Source: Octopus vulgaris (taxonomy: Eukaryota). From it: a stretch of 64,000 nt of DNA. Shown piece by piece: positions 1-13,050 of the stretch (positions are counted from its first letter, which is position 1; each line of letters begins with the position of its first letter). The DNA lies in assembly GCA_951406725.2 (NCBI GenBank), contig OX597814.1:199268001-199332000 (forward strand), read 5' to 3'. The position numbers and the translations under genes are program-made. Below the pieces are notes generated by a model. That model saw only the letters and a program-made list of their open reading frames with translations, was not told the origin of the DNA and made no database searches.

Positions 1-470
1 TATGTGCGCGATATGGTGATCTCATATCAAGATAAACAGCACATGACCTTGCAGGTGGGGTCCAGTTAGAATTTTCTTCAGGTTGAGTAGCCCATCCCGC
101 TCAAACGGTCCCTCAATAAGGGTTGTTTAAGGATGTTGAAAGAACCACCCATGTTTCCAGAGGTGAACTATTCAAACCCCAAAGAATCCCTCTCAACACA
201 TGGCTATGATGCTCCCCCACTACTTCTGCTCGTGATCAGAGATGCACATATCGTCAGCCACTAAGGGACATGCTCAACTGGTTAAGGTCAAACAACTGAC
301 AAGCAAATCTGTGGTATTGAGCAGAATATTTGCTGTAGCCCATCTTTTGTACCAAGACAAAACAATGAACATAACACTTCCAATCAGTTAAGATCAGAAG
401 CCATGAGAGCCACTGCCTGGTACTGCATCAGGGCATTTTATTATTATTAATATTATTATTATTATTATTT
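1..470 (+). mobile_element. 3' end of a retroelement-like repeat with (ATT)n tail, truncated by the window edge
   Basis: Higher-GC non-coding block ending ...GGTACTGCATCAGGGCA followed by an (ATT)n tail at about 438-470, typical of non-LTR 3' ends. Family not identified. Confidence 0.4.
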
Positions 471-609
471 CTTCAAACAGTTTGATTCAATTCCATAGAC
501 TTATGGTTTTGTAAGCACCTGACAGAAACCTAGCTCATCGCGCTCAGCCAAATTCAACTAGCTGATTCGGCAACCCGAGCCCAACAAGGTGGGTGTTTGT
601 CATATACCT

Positions 610-713
610 AGGTGTTTTCGCTCAATAAACACTCACAATGCCCGGCCTGGGAATCGAAACCGCGACCCTACGACTGCGAGTCCGCTGCCATAACCACTGG
701 GCCATTGCGCCTC
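610..713 (-). mobile_element. SINE family C 5' fragment (tRNA-derived head)
   Basis: Reverse complement matches the head of the full copy at 14596 (GAGGCGCAATGGCCCAGTGGTTA...GTTTCGATTCC). Confidence 0.85.
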
Positions 714-721
714 ACACACAC

Positions 722-749
<28 letters not shown>

Positions 750-758
<9 letters not shown>

Positions 759-1066
759 TTAGAGACAAAACCACTATTAGGCAAATCAAACAATGAAAAA
801 CTTAAGCCAATACATAAGATTATTTAAATATATAACAAAATTATTAAAAAATATAATTAAAAAATATTTTTTTTAATAATTTTGTTATATATTTAAATAA
901 TATAAATTAAATAATCTTATGTATTGGCTTAAGTTTTTCATTGTTTGATTTGCCTAATAGTGGTTTTGTCTCTAATTTAATATAATATAATATTTTACTA
1001 TAAAATTGGATTCAATCCTAAATCTGATTTTTCCCTGAAAGTTTGGATTTATTCCCTAATATTTAT
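750..1066. repeat. Fold-back element with perfect 78-bp inverted arms between (TA)n tracts
   Basis: 750-827 is the exact reverse complement of 907-984, with a nested inner inverted repeat 819-851/869-901. (TA)n lies on both sides. Confidence 0.85.
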
Positions 1067-1399
1067 TATATATATATATATATATATATATATCATACAG
1101 ACTTGAAAATAATATTTCGAATGCAGTATAACCGTGGAAATAGAAGAAAGATTGAGCATTTTACTTTTATATGACCGAAAAAGCTTTCGACATATAGCCA
1201 CCGGACTAGAACCCGCACCTCCCAATCTTTCTACTGTTTTCATGTCTATACTCCGTTCGAAACATTAATTTCTGGTCTCTATGATGTGATACACATTCCA
1301 CGCTTCCAAAAACAATAAAAGTTTGTTTACATTTGTTGTTGTATTTCAAAAGAAGCTGTGTTTGTAGTGTTAATTTGGCGGAAATTGTTATCAGCGATC

Positions 1400-1464
1400 A
1401 GTTTAGCTTAATTGGTAGCATACTCAACCGGAGTCTGGGAGGTGCAGGCTCGCGTCCAATGGAA
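1400..1464 (+). pseudogene. tRNA-like head (degenerate A and B boxes), SINE remnant or tRNA pseudogene
   Basis: TAGCTTAATTGGTAG (A box) and GGCTCGCGTCC (B-box-like). A partial inverted copy sits at about 1196-1230. Confidence 0.4.
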
Positions 1465-2460
1465 TACAATCAAAAGGAGCTGCCATTCTTGGATGTACGA
1501 ATTTAAAAAAAATAAACCTAAAAATAGAAACGGACATATTCTACAAAACCACGGACGCGAAACAATATCTAATATTTAATTCATGCCACCAAAGACACAC
1601 CAAAACAAACATCCCCTTCAACCTTGCAAGAAGGATATGCACAATAGTGTCAAAAAAAAAAAAAATACCAGAAACCTTACATTGCAAGAAACCTTAGATT
1701 GACAGACACTACCCAGGTCAACTTATAGAGGATGGAATCAGACATGCAACACAAATCGACATAGAAACCTTAACACAGAAACACACCTTCCCCGAAGATG
1801 TTGCTGTACATATCCACATTCAGTAACAAAGAAGCCTTTACGTCATCACCTAAAATTTACCAATGCTACATAAGGACCCCAAATTAAAGGAAATTTTACA
1901 CACAAAGATCATTAAAAGCTACAAACAACCAAAATCGCTAAAAAAAAATCCTCATAAAGGCAAAATTATTTTCTAAATTAACGGATGCAAAAGTAAAGAA
2001 ATATGGTCGATCAAATTGCGCAACTTTCCCAAACCTTCTAGAAGGATGAGAATTCCTTTTCAAAGAGGGACAAAAATTTAAGATCAAATCTGACTTTACT
2101 AGTGCCCCAGAAAACCTGATTTATGTTATAAGATGCTCGGGCTGCCAGCAAAACTACATAGAGATCACGGCATTATCGCTCAAACGCAGACGCACTCTGC
2201 ACCGACAGCAGATTGCGTTCTCAGAATATAGAATGATATCTTTTAGTGCACACATTGAGAAATGCGCAAAGTAACTGCTACCACAATTTGTAATCTTTCT
2301 TATTTCACAATGTGCTATTGGAACACCAACACAAGTTAGATTAAATAAGGAAACCTACTTCATTGAAACATATAAGTCAAAACGTGATCATTTCAAACAA
2401 TTTTAAATAAGGAAACTTACCTCTTTGAAAAAAATATAAAGCAAAACTTAACCACTTCTA
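1459..2460 (+). mobile_element. Penelope-like element (PLE) remnant: RT C-terminus/thumb and GIY-YIG endonuclease, frameshifted
   Basis: Manual translation gives MEYNQKELPFLDVRI, IETDIFYKTTDAKQYLIFNSCHQRHTKTNIPFNLARRICTIVS and ENLIYVIRCSGCQQNYIEITALSLKRRRTLHRQQI. Multiple stops and frameshifts. Confidence 0.9.
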
Positions 2461-3084
2461 ACATTCTGTTCTTTCTAAACCAAATCCTGTTAAATTAATA
2501 AAATCTAGTCATTCCCAACATTTTTGATTATCTCCCTTATACCGAAAAAATCCCCGATTACCTTCCCCTGTTTGGAACTCTCATACTTCACTTCATACCG
2601 AAGAAACGACACAATATCGGTAAAGAAATTTGAGACATTTGAAAAGAAAATACGAAACCGGTTATTTCTCCAAGAGCAATGTTACTTTACACAAAATTTT
2701 ATAAGATTCTCTTAACATAACGGTTTAAATATATTCTCTAAGCATATAACACAAGTCTTCTGTATTTTCTTCACTCTGTTTTGTCTTTTATACATCCAAC
2801 CACGTGCTTTCACATACTAAGTCTTTTACCAGTATCTATCGAATTTATGCTTGTCTTGCACACCCTGCCTCTTTTTATAGTATATACATGTATACGCTGA
2901 GACTTCGTTGCTACTTCTAGCTAGTCGAATACAACCAGCATAAGCACACAAAAACACATTCCCACAAGAATACACACCCTCACACATACACTTGCTCGTT
3001 GTCATTGTACGACGACACAATGACAATTGTAAGCAAATGTTTTTGGTTTTTCTTTATCTCCGCAGACAGAGAAATGGAACTTAC

Positions 3085-3116
3085 ACTGTGTGTGTGTGTG
3101 TGTTTGTTTGTATGTA

Positions 3117-3163
<47 letters not shown>

Positions 3164-3170
3164 ACACGCG
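3085..3170. repeat. (TG)n microsatellite
   Basis: Direct reading. Confidence 0.95.
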
Positions 3171-3547
3171 AAATATACATAATATATCAGCCCATTGTTA
3201 ATATTTATATGCCAGTCTACACAATTACTCGCGCACATACACGCACTCACATACTGACCTCACCCTCCACGCACACAGATACACCACACTCTCACATATA
3301 TTTGCTATCCAATAGTACAAATTCTTGACAATTTGTATGGAGTTCATGGATTAGAAAGGCGCCATAATCCACATCCGAGGTTTAACAATGATCCATTCAC
3401 AAATCAATATGTCTGACAACGAACCAATTAGAATTAGTGTATCTGTCGGAGCGCATACTCATTACCAACCAACCAATCAACCAAACGTCCAGTAATATAA
3501 CCACTCCGCTATTGCATTTAATATGCAGTGCATGGACGTTGTATTTG

Positions 3548-4000
3548 CATCATCATCATCATCATCATTATTATTATTGTTGCTGTTGTTATTATCATTG
3601 TTGTTATTATTATCATTGTTGTTGTTATTATCATTGTTGTTGTTATTGTTATCATTGTTATTATCATTATTATTGTTATTATCATTATCATTGTTATTAT
3701 TGTTGTTATTATTATCATTGTTATTATTATTATTGTCATTATTATTATCATTATTGTTATTATTGTTATTATTATTGTTATTATTATTGTTATTATTATT
3801 GTTGTTGTTATTGTTATTATTATTGTTATTATTATTATTAGTGTTATTATTATTGTTGTTATTATTATTATTATTTGTGTTATTATTATTGTTGTTATTA
3901 TTATTATTACTAGTGTTCTTATTATTATTAGTGTTATTGTTATTATTATTATCATTATTGTTGTTGTTGTTGGTGTTGGTGTTGGTGTTGGTGTTGTTGT
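3548..4000. repeat. Compound trinucleotide microsatellite (TTA/TTG/TCA)n
   Basis: About 450 bp of triplet repeats; the source of the poly-L/I/Y artefact ORFs. Confidence 0.95.
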
Positions 4001-4557
4001 TACTCGGAATTGTCTTTTGTAGATAAAGTATGAACTATAGTAACACAGAATATTGGCGGTTTTCTTGAGACTAATGTTAGCTAAGCGTGCTGTTTCATAT
4101 ATTATGGACCTTGTTATTAAATAGATTTCTTTTGGCAGTCGGCAGATTTTCCTCACAATCCACTTGTCGCCATTGCCATAATTGTTTTTACCGTTTCCTA
4201 TATTTTATCTGTAATTACATGGAGCTTAATAATATTACTGGTAATTATTTGTTGCAGTTTTGTAATAGGCTGCTCAACTCCTTTGCAGCAATTCCATTCC
4301 TTGTGATAAATCATTTGAAAAGCTGGCAGGGAACTTCAAATCTCATTAGTAAGATATAGATTTAATAATGGCTTTTAATAATTTTCTCCCTTGCCACGGC
4401 TTGCAATCTATTTTGCAGTGAGGCGAAATTTACCAAAAGACGTTTGAATGTTAGGATATTTAGCATGCTACGGTTCGTATTAAAACGTTATGTAGATGTG
4501 TTGTTGTGTGTGTAGGGGTACGGGACTGTAACGATATATATATCCATCCAAAAAGAA

Positions 4558-4952
4558 GGCGTCGAGCTGGCAGAAACGTTAGCACGCCGGGCGAAATGCG
4601 TAGCCGTATTTCGTCTGCCGTTACGTTCTGAGTTTAAATTCGCCGAGGTAGACTTTGCCTTTCATCCTTTCGGGGTCGATCAAATAAGTAACTGTTATGC
4701 ACTGGGGTCGATGTAATCGACTTAATCCCTTTCTCTGTCATTGTTTGTCCCATCTGGATAGTAAAGAAATAGGTATTTCGTCTGTCGTTACGTTCTGAGT
4801 TCAAATTCCGCCAAGGTCGAATTTGCCTTTCATCCTTTCGGGGTCGATAAATAAAGTAGCAGTTTCGCACAGGGGTCGATGTAATCAACTTAATCCTTTT
4901 GTCTGTCCTTGTTTGTCCCCTCTATGTTTAGCCCCTTGTGAGCAATAAAGAA
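4558..4952 (+). mobile_element. SINE family A, dimeric copy
   Basis: Head GGCGTCGAGCTGGCAGAAACGTTAG, central domain GACTTTGCCTTTCATCCTTTCGGGGTCGAT present twice, junction AAATAGGTATTTCG. Confidence 0.9.
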
Positions 4953-5216
4953 AAAAATATATATATATCTCCAAAAACACATACGTATATACATACATGC
5001 AAATATACGTCCAAATGTGTGTCTGTTTACATGTATGTATCTATTCATATATCTATCTACACAAACACGCACACATATATCACTGTGACCATGGCCGACC
5101 AGGCTATCAGATGTTGCTACACATTGCTGGTCACAATGCGCTTCGCATTGTTTTAGCCTTCAAATGACGCCACCTTACAACCGCAAGTCCGCTGCCCTAA
5201 CCTCTGGGCCATTGTG

Positions 5217-5253
<37 letters not shown>

Positions 5254-5719
5254 GCACATACATACACATAACCCAAGAGTTAAAGAATGGAGTAGATAAA
5301 ATCCGGGCTATAATAATTTTTTTTCTGCTTATCGCTATGGCAGAAAATCCACAACTTTCCACCCCAATAAACCGCTATTGTTCCAGAAAGTTATTTTGTC
5401 TATATTTTCTGCGGATTGCTTGAAGCTCACTTTCTTCCTACTCTTCGATTCTTGGACCTTACATCTCTCTCTCACTCACTCCCCTCTCTATCTATCTATC
5501 TATACATACATACATATATATATATGAGTGGCTGTGTGGTAAGTAGCTTACTTACCAATCACATGTTTCTGGGTTCAGAAAGAGAGAGAGTATGTGTGTG
5601 TGTTTTGTGGTCGGAACCTTTGAAACTATGCAATCAGCCTTTCTTAACAGCTCCTCTAATACATGAAATTAATGATGTCTAAATGTTTCTATTGCAACTG
5701 GCAGATGGTCTCCTACGAG

Positions 5720-5900
5720 GCGGCGCGTTGTGCTCTTGAGCAAGACACTTTATTTCACGTTGGCAAAAATGAGTTGAATCTTTGTTTCAAAGGGTCAGCC
5801 TTGTCATATTCTGTGTCATGCTTAATTTCCCTGAGAACTATATTAAGGGTACGCGTATTTCCGGAGTACTCAGTCACCTGTACGTTAATTTCACGAACAC
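5720..5900 (+). mobile_element. Degenerate SINE family C body
   Basis: Matches 14800-14915 (TTTCAAAGGG..CCTTGTCA..CTGAGAACTA..TTAATTTCACGA). Confidence 0.7.
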
Positions 5901-6439
5901 ATACTGCGTGCCAGGTAGTCTGGAGAGAGTTGAGACATTGATTGTCCAGTGATTATGAAGCGAAGTGTAGGAGCAGAAAGTGATGTCTGAGTATTATAAG
6001 TTGTAGTAGTTATTTGTGTTATGGGTTGTTTAAGATAAAATGGGTGTTTGCTTCTGTATTACCTGTTAGGTTATCTGCTTTATTTGAAAACCAAGACGAT
6101 TCGAGTGTATTATATTCTCACTAATGAGGGCGTTAATGGCGCAGTTGTCGACTGCAACTTCGTAGGATAATTAGTGAAACCTGTGTTGGCATGTTTCTCT
6201 TCGGTAATGAGAAAATGTTTCGGTTTCATAAAAGTGTTTTTTTTTTTTATTCAGACAGTTAATTTTTCGTATGGAGACTCTTAGACGTATTATATGCCCA
6301 AATTTGACGCTGGGGAGAGAAACTTTGTTGTTGTTACCGGAGTTAGTGGATTTGTGCAAAGGTTTTGTAAATCGTGCTGCACGACTCTGTTTTATAATAC
6401 AGGAAACAGCTCGTGGAAGATTGTATATGTCTTTTTATA

Positions 6440-6587
6440 TTTCATTATTCTGTTACTTGTTTCAGTCATTTGACTGCGGCCATGATGGAGCACCGCCTTC
6501 AGTCGAACAAATCGACCCCAAGACTTATTCTTTGTAAGCCTATAGTACGTATTCTGTCGGTCTCTTTTTTTCCCCGAACCGCTAAGT
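6440..6587 (-). mobile_element. SINE family B 3' fragment
   Basis: TACTTGTTTCAGTCATTTGACTGCGGCCATG...CCGAACCGCTAAGT, shared with 36520-36670. Confidence 0.85.
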
Positions 6588-6589
6588 GG

Positions 6590-7878
6590 TGTCCATCCTG
6601 CAGTGCAACTCTTGTGAGATCACTATCCAGTTTGCAGAGGATGTATTCGTGTATCACACTTCGTGTATTTCCACACTACAGCCCGTCCTTTTGGTCTTTT
6701 GCGCAAAAGGATTTCCACGAATTTGCAGAACCATCTTTTCCTAAAGCCTCTACGTTTGTCACCCGCTTTGTATCGAACTCCACACCATTACCCAAACCCT
6801 TTCACTTCAGTAGGCTCCCCACTCCGCCTACACCCGTGCCATTTGCGGACATCTCTCCATCTGCTTCAAATAGACAAGGCTACCGGCCCTGAAAATACCA
6901 GACTCAGAAATACTATACTTACCAAACTATTTAATATCTCTCTCTTTACGTGTATATACCCTAACATTTTGACGCATGTCTCAGTTTATCCTATTTTAAA
7001 GAAAGGCAAACATTCTAACCTGGCAAAATATCGCGGGTACTGGAGATAGCTATCAACAATGATTCTGTCTCCCCCCCCCCTGTCTCTCTCTCCCTCTCTC
7101 CAATGTGTCCACCAGTGCGGCTTCTGCAGAGCCAGATCAACTGGAGACCTACTGTCTTTCATTATCCACTATTCGGTCTTCTCTTTAGAGAATTTCATCG
7201 AATTCAGTGCTAGATATCAGCAAAGCTATCACAACTTCCCACCGAGAAGCTCCACCTATCTTTCATGTCTTGGAAGCTTCCTATCAGATCAAACTACTGT
7301 GACCGTTTTGATGGGGCCCTTTCTACTCCTCTCGCATTTAACCCTAATGAACCACAAGGTCATCGGGGTTAGGTACTCTTCCTCACTCCCTTCTGCACAT
7401 CGATGATCTTCATGCTTCCACATGTAACAGTACTCACTCTTACGAAAATGACGCGACTATTCATTCCTCCTTCACCGTGCATCATTCGCTCTCAACTTAA
7501 GCACCACACGCCTACATCCATTGTTTGTATAAACGGAAACCTTGAAAGTATCTTCTAGTGGGGCATGGCAACCTTGTCTCTTTTAACAGCAAGAAACTCA
7601 ACAACTATTCATACTCGGAAAACACCCACCATGGTACCACATTCACGCTTAGGCCGAGCTGCACTCAGCTAGAGACTTCATAACTGATCCAAATGCTGCG
7701 AGTTACTATTACAGAGGTTCCCTCCTTCTGAAAGCAAATCCTAAGTTTAGGCGGGACCTCATCTTAAAAGCTAGCTCTTCTCTTTAGGCCAGAAAATATT
7801 TCAGTTTCGAACCGTTGCTGACACCCTACAAATTTCATGTGGGGGCCAACCTGTATGGCGGTACTGCTTCGCGCTATA
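6590..7878 (+). mobile_element. Decayed CR1/L2-group LINE reverse transcriptase
   Basis: IDKATGPE...LTKLFNISL...VYPILKKGKHSNLAKYR, QCGFCRARSTGDLL, and a degenerate YADD-like region (HSYENDA). Many frameshifts. Confidence 0.8.
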
Positions 7879-7879
7879 A

Positions 7880-8111
7880 GACAGCGAGCTGGCAGAAACG
7901 TTAGCACGCCGGGGGAAATGCGCAGCCGTATTTTGTCTGCCGTTACGTTCTGAGTTCAAATTCCGCCGAGGTCGACTTTGCCTTTCATCCTTTCGGGGTC
8001 GATAAATAAAGTACCAGTTACGCACTGGGGTCGATGTAATCGACTTAATCCGTTTGTCTTTCCTTGTTTGTCCCCTCTGTGTTTGGCCCCTTGTGGGTAG
8101 TAAAGTAATAG
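7880..8111 (+). mobile_element. SINE family A monomer with 18-bp TSD
   Basis: TSD GTACTGCTWCGYGCTATA at 7861-7878 and 8112-8129. Confidence 0.9.
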
Positions 8112-9155
8112 GTACTGCTACGTGCTATACTTCTTTAATACTGGAAACTCGATCTATTGAAATATTCACGTGGAAACGTATAAAGAGATATAGGACTTAA
8201 GAAGGAGAAAATACCTAATCCAGAAGCATTCTTTACGATTGCATAAATCGAATTATCAGAATGTTATCTCTTTTAAACAATAATTCATGCATGAATGATA
8301 ACGATTACGCCATTTTTGCTCATCTGTACTGGAAATTTAAATTTTATTTCCTTGTTAAAATATTATATTTTATTAGTCATCATATATTTTATCAAAATAG
8401 TGCTTTTCACATCACACCTTTATCGTAGGAAAGCAAAGCAACCAATCAACCTCGAACCCCTATCTGCTGCGCATACATGCGAATTTTTTAAAGCCGATTT
8501 TTAATGTTAATAATTCGTCGCGTCACGATCGGATTGTTGTTGCTTGAAATCTACATTGTTTTTGTGGAGATATAAGATTGCTATAGTGTCCAATTGTCTG
8601 GCAGTAATCTTCATCATATTAAGTCATATACTGAAAGGAAGTTCTTGCTTTTGTGTTGTACAAGGATGTATTTCAATAAGATTCTATGATTACCCGTTCG
8701 GTTTGTTTTCATTTCCAACAGCAATACATTTCTTACTGAATATATATTTGTACGCACTCAAATTACCATCTTGTAAATTGAATTTTGTTAATGATTGGAT
8801 TTTAAGATTCCTATTCAAAGTACTCAGCTATATTGCTTATACAGGAATGAAATTGTTTTCGACTTACTATCTAATGAGATGTAACATTTGACTACGCAGT
8901 GAAAAAAAGAATTAGTTTATTTCTAATGTTCTACTACTGCAGACGTGTTTATCCTGTCCAATGGTACGGATTAGTAAGCACATTATAATTTTAGTCAAAT
9001 CACAAGACACTAATGGAAGGCAAGATGAAAGCAGGCTTTGCTTTTGAAAAAGAATCCTTAATCAAATTTAGAATATCAGTCAGCAGAAATGTCTAAAATA
9101 AAATTTAACATAGATTCATTGAAGTATTTTATGCATTAATATTTTTTGCCATTAA

Positions 9156-9554
9156 GGCGGCGAACTGGCAGAAACGTTAGCACGCCGGGCGAAATGCGTA
9201 GCCGTATTTCGTCTGCCGTTACGTTCTGAGTTCAAATTCCGCCGAGGTCGACTTTGCCTTTCATTCTTTCGGGGTCGGTTAAATAAGTACCAGTTACCCA
9301 CTGGAGTCGATGTAATCGACTTAATCCGTTTGTCTGTCCATGTTCGTCCTCTCTGTGTTTAGCCCCTTGTGGGTAGTAAAGAAATAGGTATTTCGTCTGC
9401 CGCTACGTTCTGAGTTCAAATTCCGCCGAGGTCAACTTTGCCTTTCATCCTTTCGGGGTCAATAAATTAAGTAACAGTTGCGTACTGGGGTCGATCTAAT
9501 AGACTGCTCCCCGCTCCCCAAAATTTCGGGCCTTGTGCCTAGAGTAGAAAAGAA
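9156..9554 (+). mobile_element. SINE family A dimer with alternative 3' tail
   Basis: Second unit ends ...CCCCAAAATTTCGGGCCTTGTGCCTAGAGTAGAAAAGAAT. Confidence 0.9.
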
Positions 9555-10264
9555 TATTCTTTTACCAATATTGACATTGTCATCGATGCTAATGTGTCTA
9601 TCTATTGCTTTTATACTGTTGCAACGTAATAATAGTTAAGTTAATAAGATAATGAAGTTTGAAAGCTAGGAGACATCGTATTTTCTGGTGATGTTATTTG
9701 CGAGACATTTGATTACTCGAATGCACAATAAATTGATTGTGAGATAGTAAATCATTGCATTCTATGTGTATACAGAGAGACACATTAAACATTTGTCAGA
9801 TAAGGAAATCTCAGCACTTTCTTAATTTACACGCATACACAAGCGCACACACATAAATTAGACAGTGACGTTATACTGTAAGATAAAATGCCTTGCGCTA
9901 TTTGATTCAGTTCTCTGAGTTAAAACTCCACCGAAGCGAATTTTAGCTTTCCATCCGTTCAGAGTCGAATATATACCAGAACAGGTGAAACAATGGCTAG
10001 AATTGCAAGAGTATTAGACAGGATCTGTGAGGCTCTTTATGGGCTGAGTTCAAATTTTCCAAATTGCTACAGTCATCTCATCGATAAGGTTTTCTCGATG
10101 TTCTGGCATCGACTCCAGTCAAAAAGACTACCTAGGAAACCTCCCAAGTTACCAATCTAACGCTGTATTGATTCATTTATGGTATATGTATCCAGATAGT
10201 CCAACAGTATATCCATATATTTCAAATAATATAACCCGGTCTTATTTTTTGTATTAGTATTCTT

Positions 10265-10500
10265 ATTTATTTATTGCCCACAAGGGGTTAAACATAGAGG
10301 GGACAAACAAGGACAGACAAACGGATTAGGTTGATTACATCGACCCCAGTACGTAGCTGGTACTTACTTTATCGACCCCGAAAGGATGAAAGATAAAGAC
10401 GACCTCGGCGGAATTTGAACTCAGAACGTAACGGCAGACGAAATACCTATTTCTTTACTACCCACAAGGGGCTAAACACAGGGAGGACAAACAAGAACAA
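10265..10500 (-). mobile_element. SINE family A, 5'-truncated dimer
   Basis: Reverse complement of the family A body and tail, including the dimer junction. Confidence 0.85.
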
Positions 10501-10539
10501 CGTATTGATATTGTTTGCTTTATGCAACATGTACTCAAA

Positions 10540-10750
10540 GGTGGTGAGCTAACACAGTCGTTAGCACGTCGTGTAAATTGCTTAACAGTGATTCGTCCAT
10601 CGCAGCGTTCTGAGTTCAAATTCCACCGAGTTGGACCATAATCCTTTCAGGATCGATGAAATGAGTACCAGGCGGTCACTGCGGGTCGATGTAATTGATT
10701 TACCCGCTGCCTCCAAATTGGTGACCTTGTGCCGAAATTTGAAACCAAAA
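10540..10750 (+). mobile_element. Older SINE family A-related copy
   Basis: Diverged head, GAGTTCAAATTCC B box, central domain, tail GAAATTTGAAACCAA. Confidence 0.75.
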
Positions 10751-10853
10751 TTATTTACAACTTTTACATTACACTATCAACACATGTGCACGCATATACA
10801 CACAGATACACGCGGACGCACGCACACACACACATACACAAACATACACACAG

Positions 10854-10928
<75 letters not shown>

Positions 10929-10930
10929 CA

Positions 10931-11180
10931 CGAGCAAAACGCCCTCCGTCGAATGGACGGTGCTGATGTACTTGCGCGTACAAATGCACCTTCCCACGGC
11001 TTTATCGATCGCATTCTCACTTGGAATCGATTTTTGTAATTTTTTCAAGACTTATATACGCCATGATACCGTCGGTATCTACATATCAAATATGAGCGCC
11101 ATCTTATGGAGGATGCCCGAGATCCTAGAAGACACAACATACACAGACAGACAGAACGAATTATATATATATATATATGT
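10931..11180 (-). mobile_element. Probable non-autonomous Helitron
   Basis: On the minus strand: (TA)n plus CTGTCTGTCTG at the 5' end, subterminal hairpin CCGTC-n5-GACGG (10946-10960), 3' end CTCG|T. Confidence 0.55.
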
Positions 11181-12437
11181 ACGTATGTATATGCATCTAA
11201 CCATATATTTGTATCATCATCTATTCATATGTATGTATATGCATCTATGTATGTATATATGTATGTATATGTGCATATATGTATGTATGTATCACCAAAA
11301 ATGCTTGTAACATTCAAGCAATTCAAAGCGGAGCTTTCCCAGTTCTAAAATGCAAATAATTCTTATGAGTGTATTTTGGGGAGGAAATGCACAATTTAGC
11401 ATCAGTGTAAAGAGCAAACACTGATTAAAACAAAGCATTTTCAATCTTGGTGGATCATCGATCCGCTGCTCAATAGAAAAAGCTTAATGTCTGTTTTGGC
11501 TAATAAGCCTATTGCGCCAAACGCGTAATACTTTCTCAACTATGTCACTCCTTCCAAATTCTTTTGTAAATAGGTTCTTGTCGTCCCTCAAATTCCTGAT
11601 AAATCTTTCTATGCTCATGTGTATTCCGTACAGGAAGCAAACTGCATGTATATAAACGCAAAATCACGTCAATTCTGAAACAAATGTCACTCGGATGGAG
11701 TTCAAATTTGACATGACAGGAAGGAAAACAATAATCAAATGCAGTTATTTCAATGGAAAAACATGTAAATTTGAGAAAAGACAAGCAGCAAAGAATAATA
11801 TAAATTAAGTGATTAGAAATGTATATATTCCAAGACGTCAATTTTGGTTATTATATCAGACATTAGCAATGTAAATTATAGAATATAGTTTCCTCTTGGC
11901 ATCGGAATGACGTTATGAGCTAAGTTCACCTGCAAAATAATGACTAAAATAATAATTGCATAAACGCAATGTATTGGCTATTATATGAGCTTGAAGAAAC
12001 GAGATTGTCAACTCATTTTCTTATAAACTTTCTTGTAATCAAATTACGATTTGAATACAGGAAAAGACACAGAATTATTGGTATACTCATTGTTAAACCA
12101 ACAGCTCCGGTCTACATAATTCACACTGTACTGTACATAAGGCAGCGGCAGTAACACTGGTTTTACCGACTTAGACTTTCCAGCACTGTAAAACCCCGAA
12201 TATTACTGTCAGTATAAATCCGTATAATGCCCCACTGGCGGGTGAAAAGGAAACCCATTTTGTTTTAGATTGAAACTTTTAAATGAACTTTACTATTGAG
12301 AGAGAGAGAGACAGACAGGAAGAAAGATAGAGAGAGCATCCACTCATGTCATACGACCAGCTTGAGAAAGTAGATAGAATTCCCTCAAACCACCCTATAT
12401 AATAAGTAAAATATACTTTAGATAATGTAGTCCGACA

Positions 12438-12604
12438 GGCGCAGGTGTGGCTCCGTGATAAAAAGTTTGCTTCTCAACCTTATGGTTCCGGGTTCAGTCC
12501 CACTGCGTGGTACCTTGGGCAAGTGTCTTCTTCTATAGCCTCGGGCCAACCAAAGCCTGAGTGAATTTGGTCGACGGAATGAGAAAGAAGCCCGTGGCAT
12601 AATA

Positions 12605-12663
<59 letters not shown>

Positions 12664-13050
12664 GTATGAAACAAAAGGCTCTAGTAAAATAAATATTCTT
12701 TTTTATGAGTTCAAATTCCGTCGAGGCCGACTTTGCCTTTCATCCTTTCGGGGTCGATTAAATAAGTACCAGTTATGCACTGAGGTCGATGTAATCGACT
12801 TAACTCCCTTGTCTGTCCTTGTTTGTCCCCTCTGTGTTTAACCCCTTGTGGGTAATAAAGAAATAGATGCTTTTATTCCGTGTGTGTGTGTGTCTTTGCC
12901 CGTCACCACTGCTTGACTACCGGTGTTGGTGTGTTTACATCTCCGTAACTTAGCTGTTTGGCCAAAGAGACCGATTGATTCATTCGACAAAAATTCTTCA
13001 AGGCGATGCTGCAGCATGGCCACAGTCTAATGACTGAAATAAGTAAAAAG
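12438..13050 (+). mobile_element. SINE family B (tRNA head, CORE-like ACCTTGGGCAAGT) split at its internal microsatellite by a truncated SINE A (about 12705-12868)
   Basis: 5' half 12438-12597, (TA)n, SINE A fragment, 3' half about 12880-13050. Confidence 0.85.

Noticed and set aside
3437-4156. Long poly-L/I/Y ORFs, and similar ORFs at 10729, 18279, 22250, 29037, 33328 and 43632
   Set aside because: These are translations of microsatellites that lack stop codons; no splice or domain support.
5940-6420. Possible PLE C-terminus and hammerhead (CTAATGA...GAAAC at 6121-6180)
   Set aside because: Core mismatched, stems unconvincing, and protein similarity too weak to call.
7801-8025. Recurrent ORFs such as YRPRKDERQSRPRRNLNSERN and YQIHSQGFGRPEAIVEDTCP
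   Set aside because: Antisense readings of SINE families A and B.
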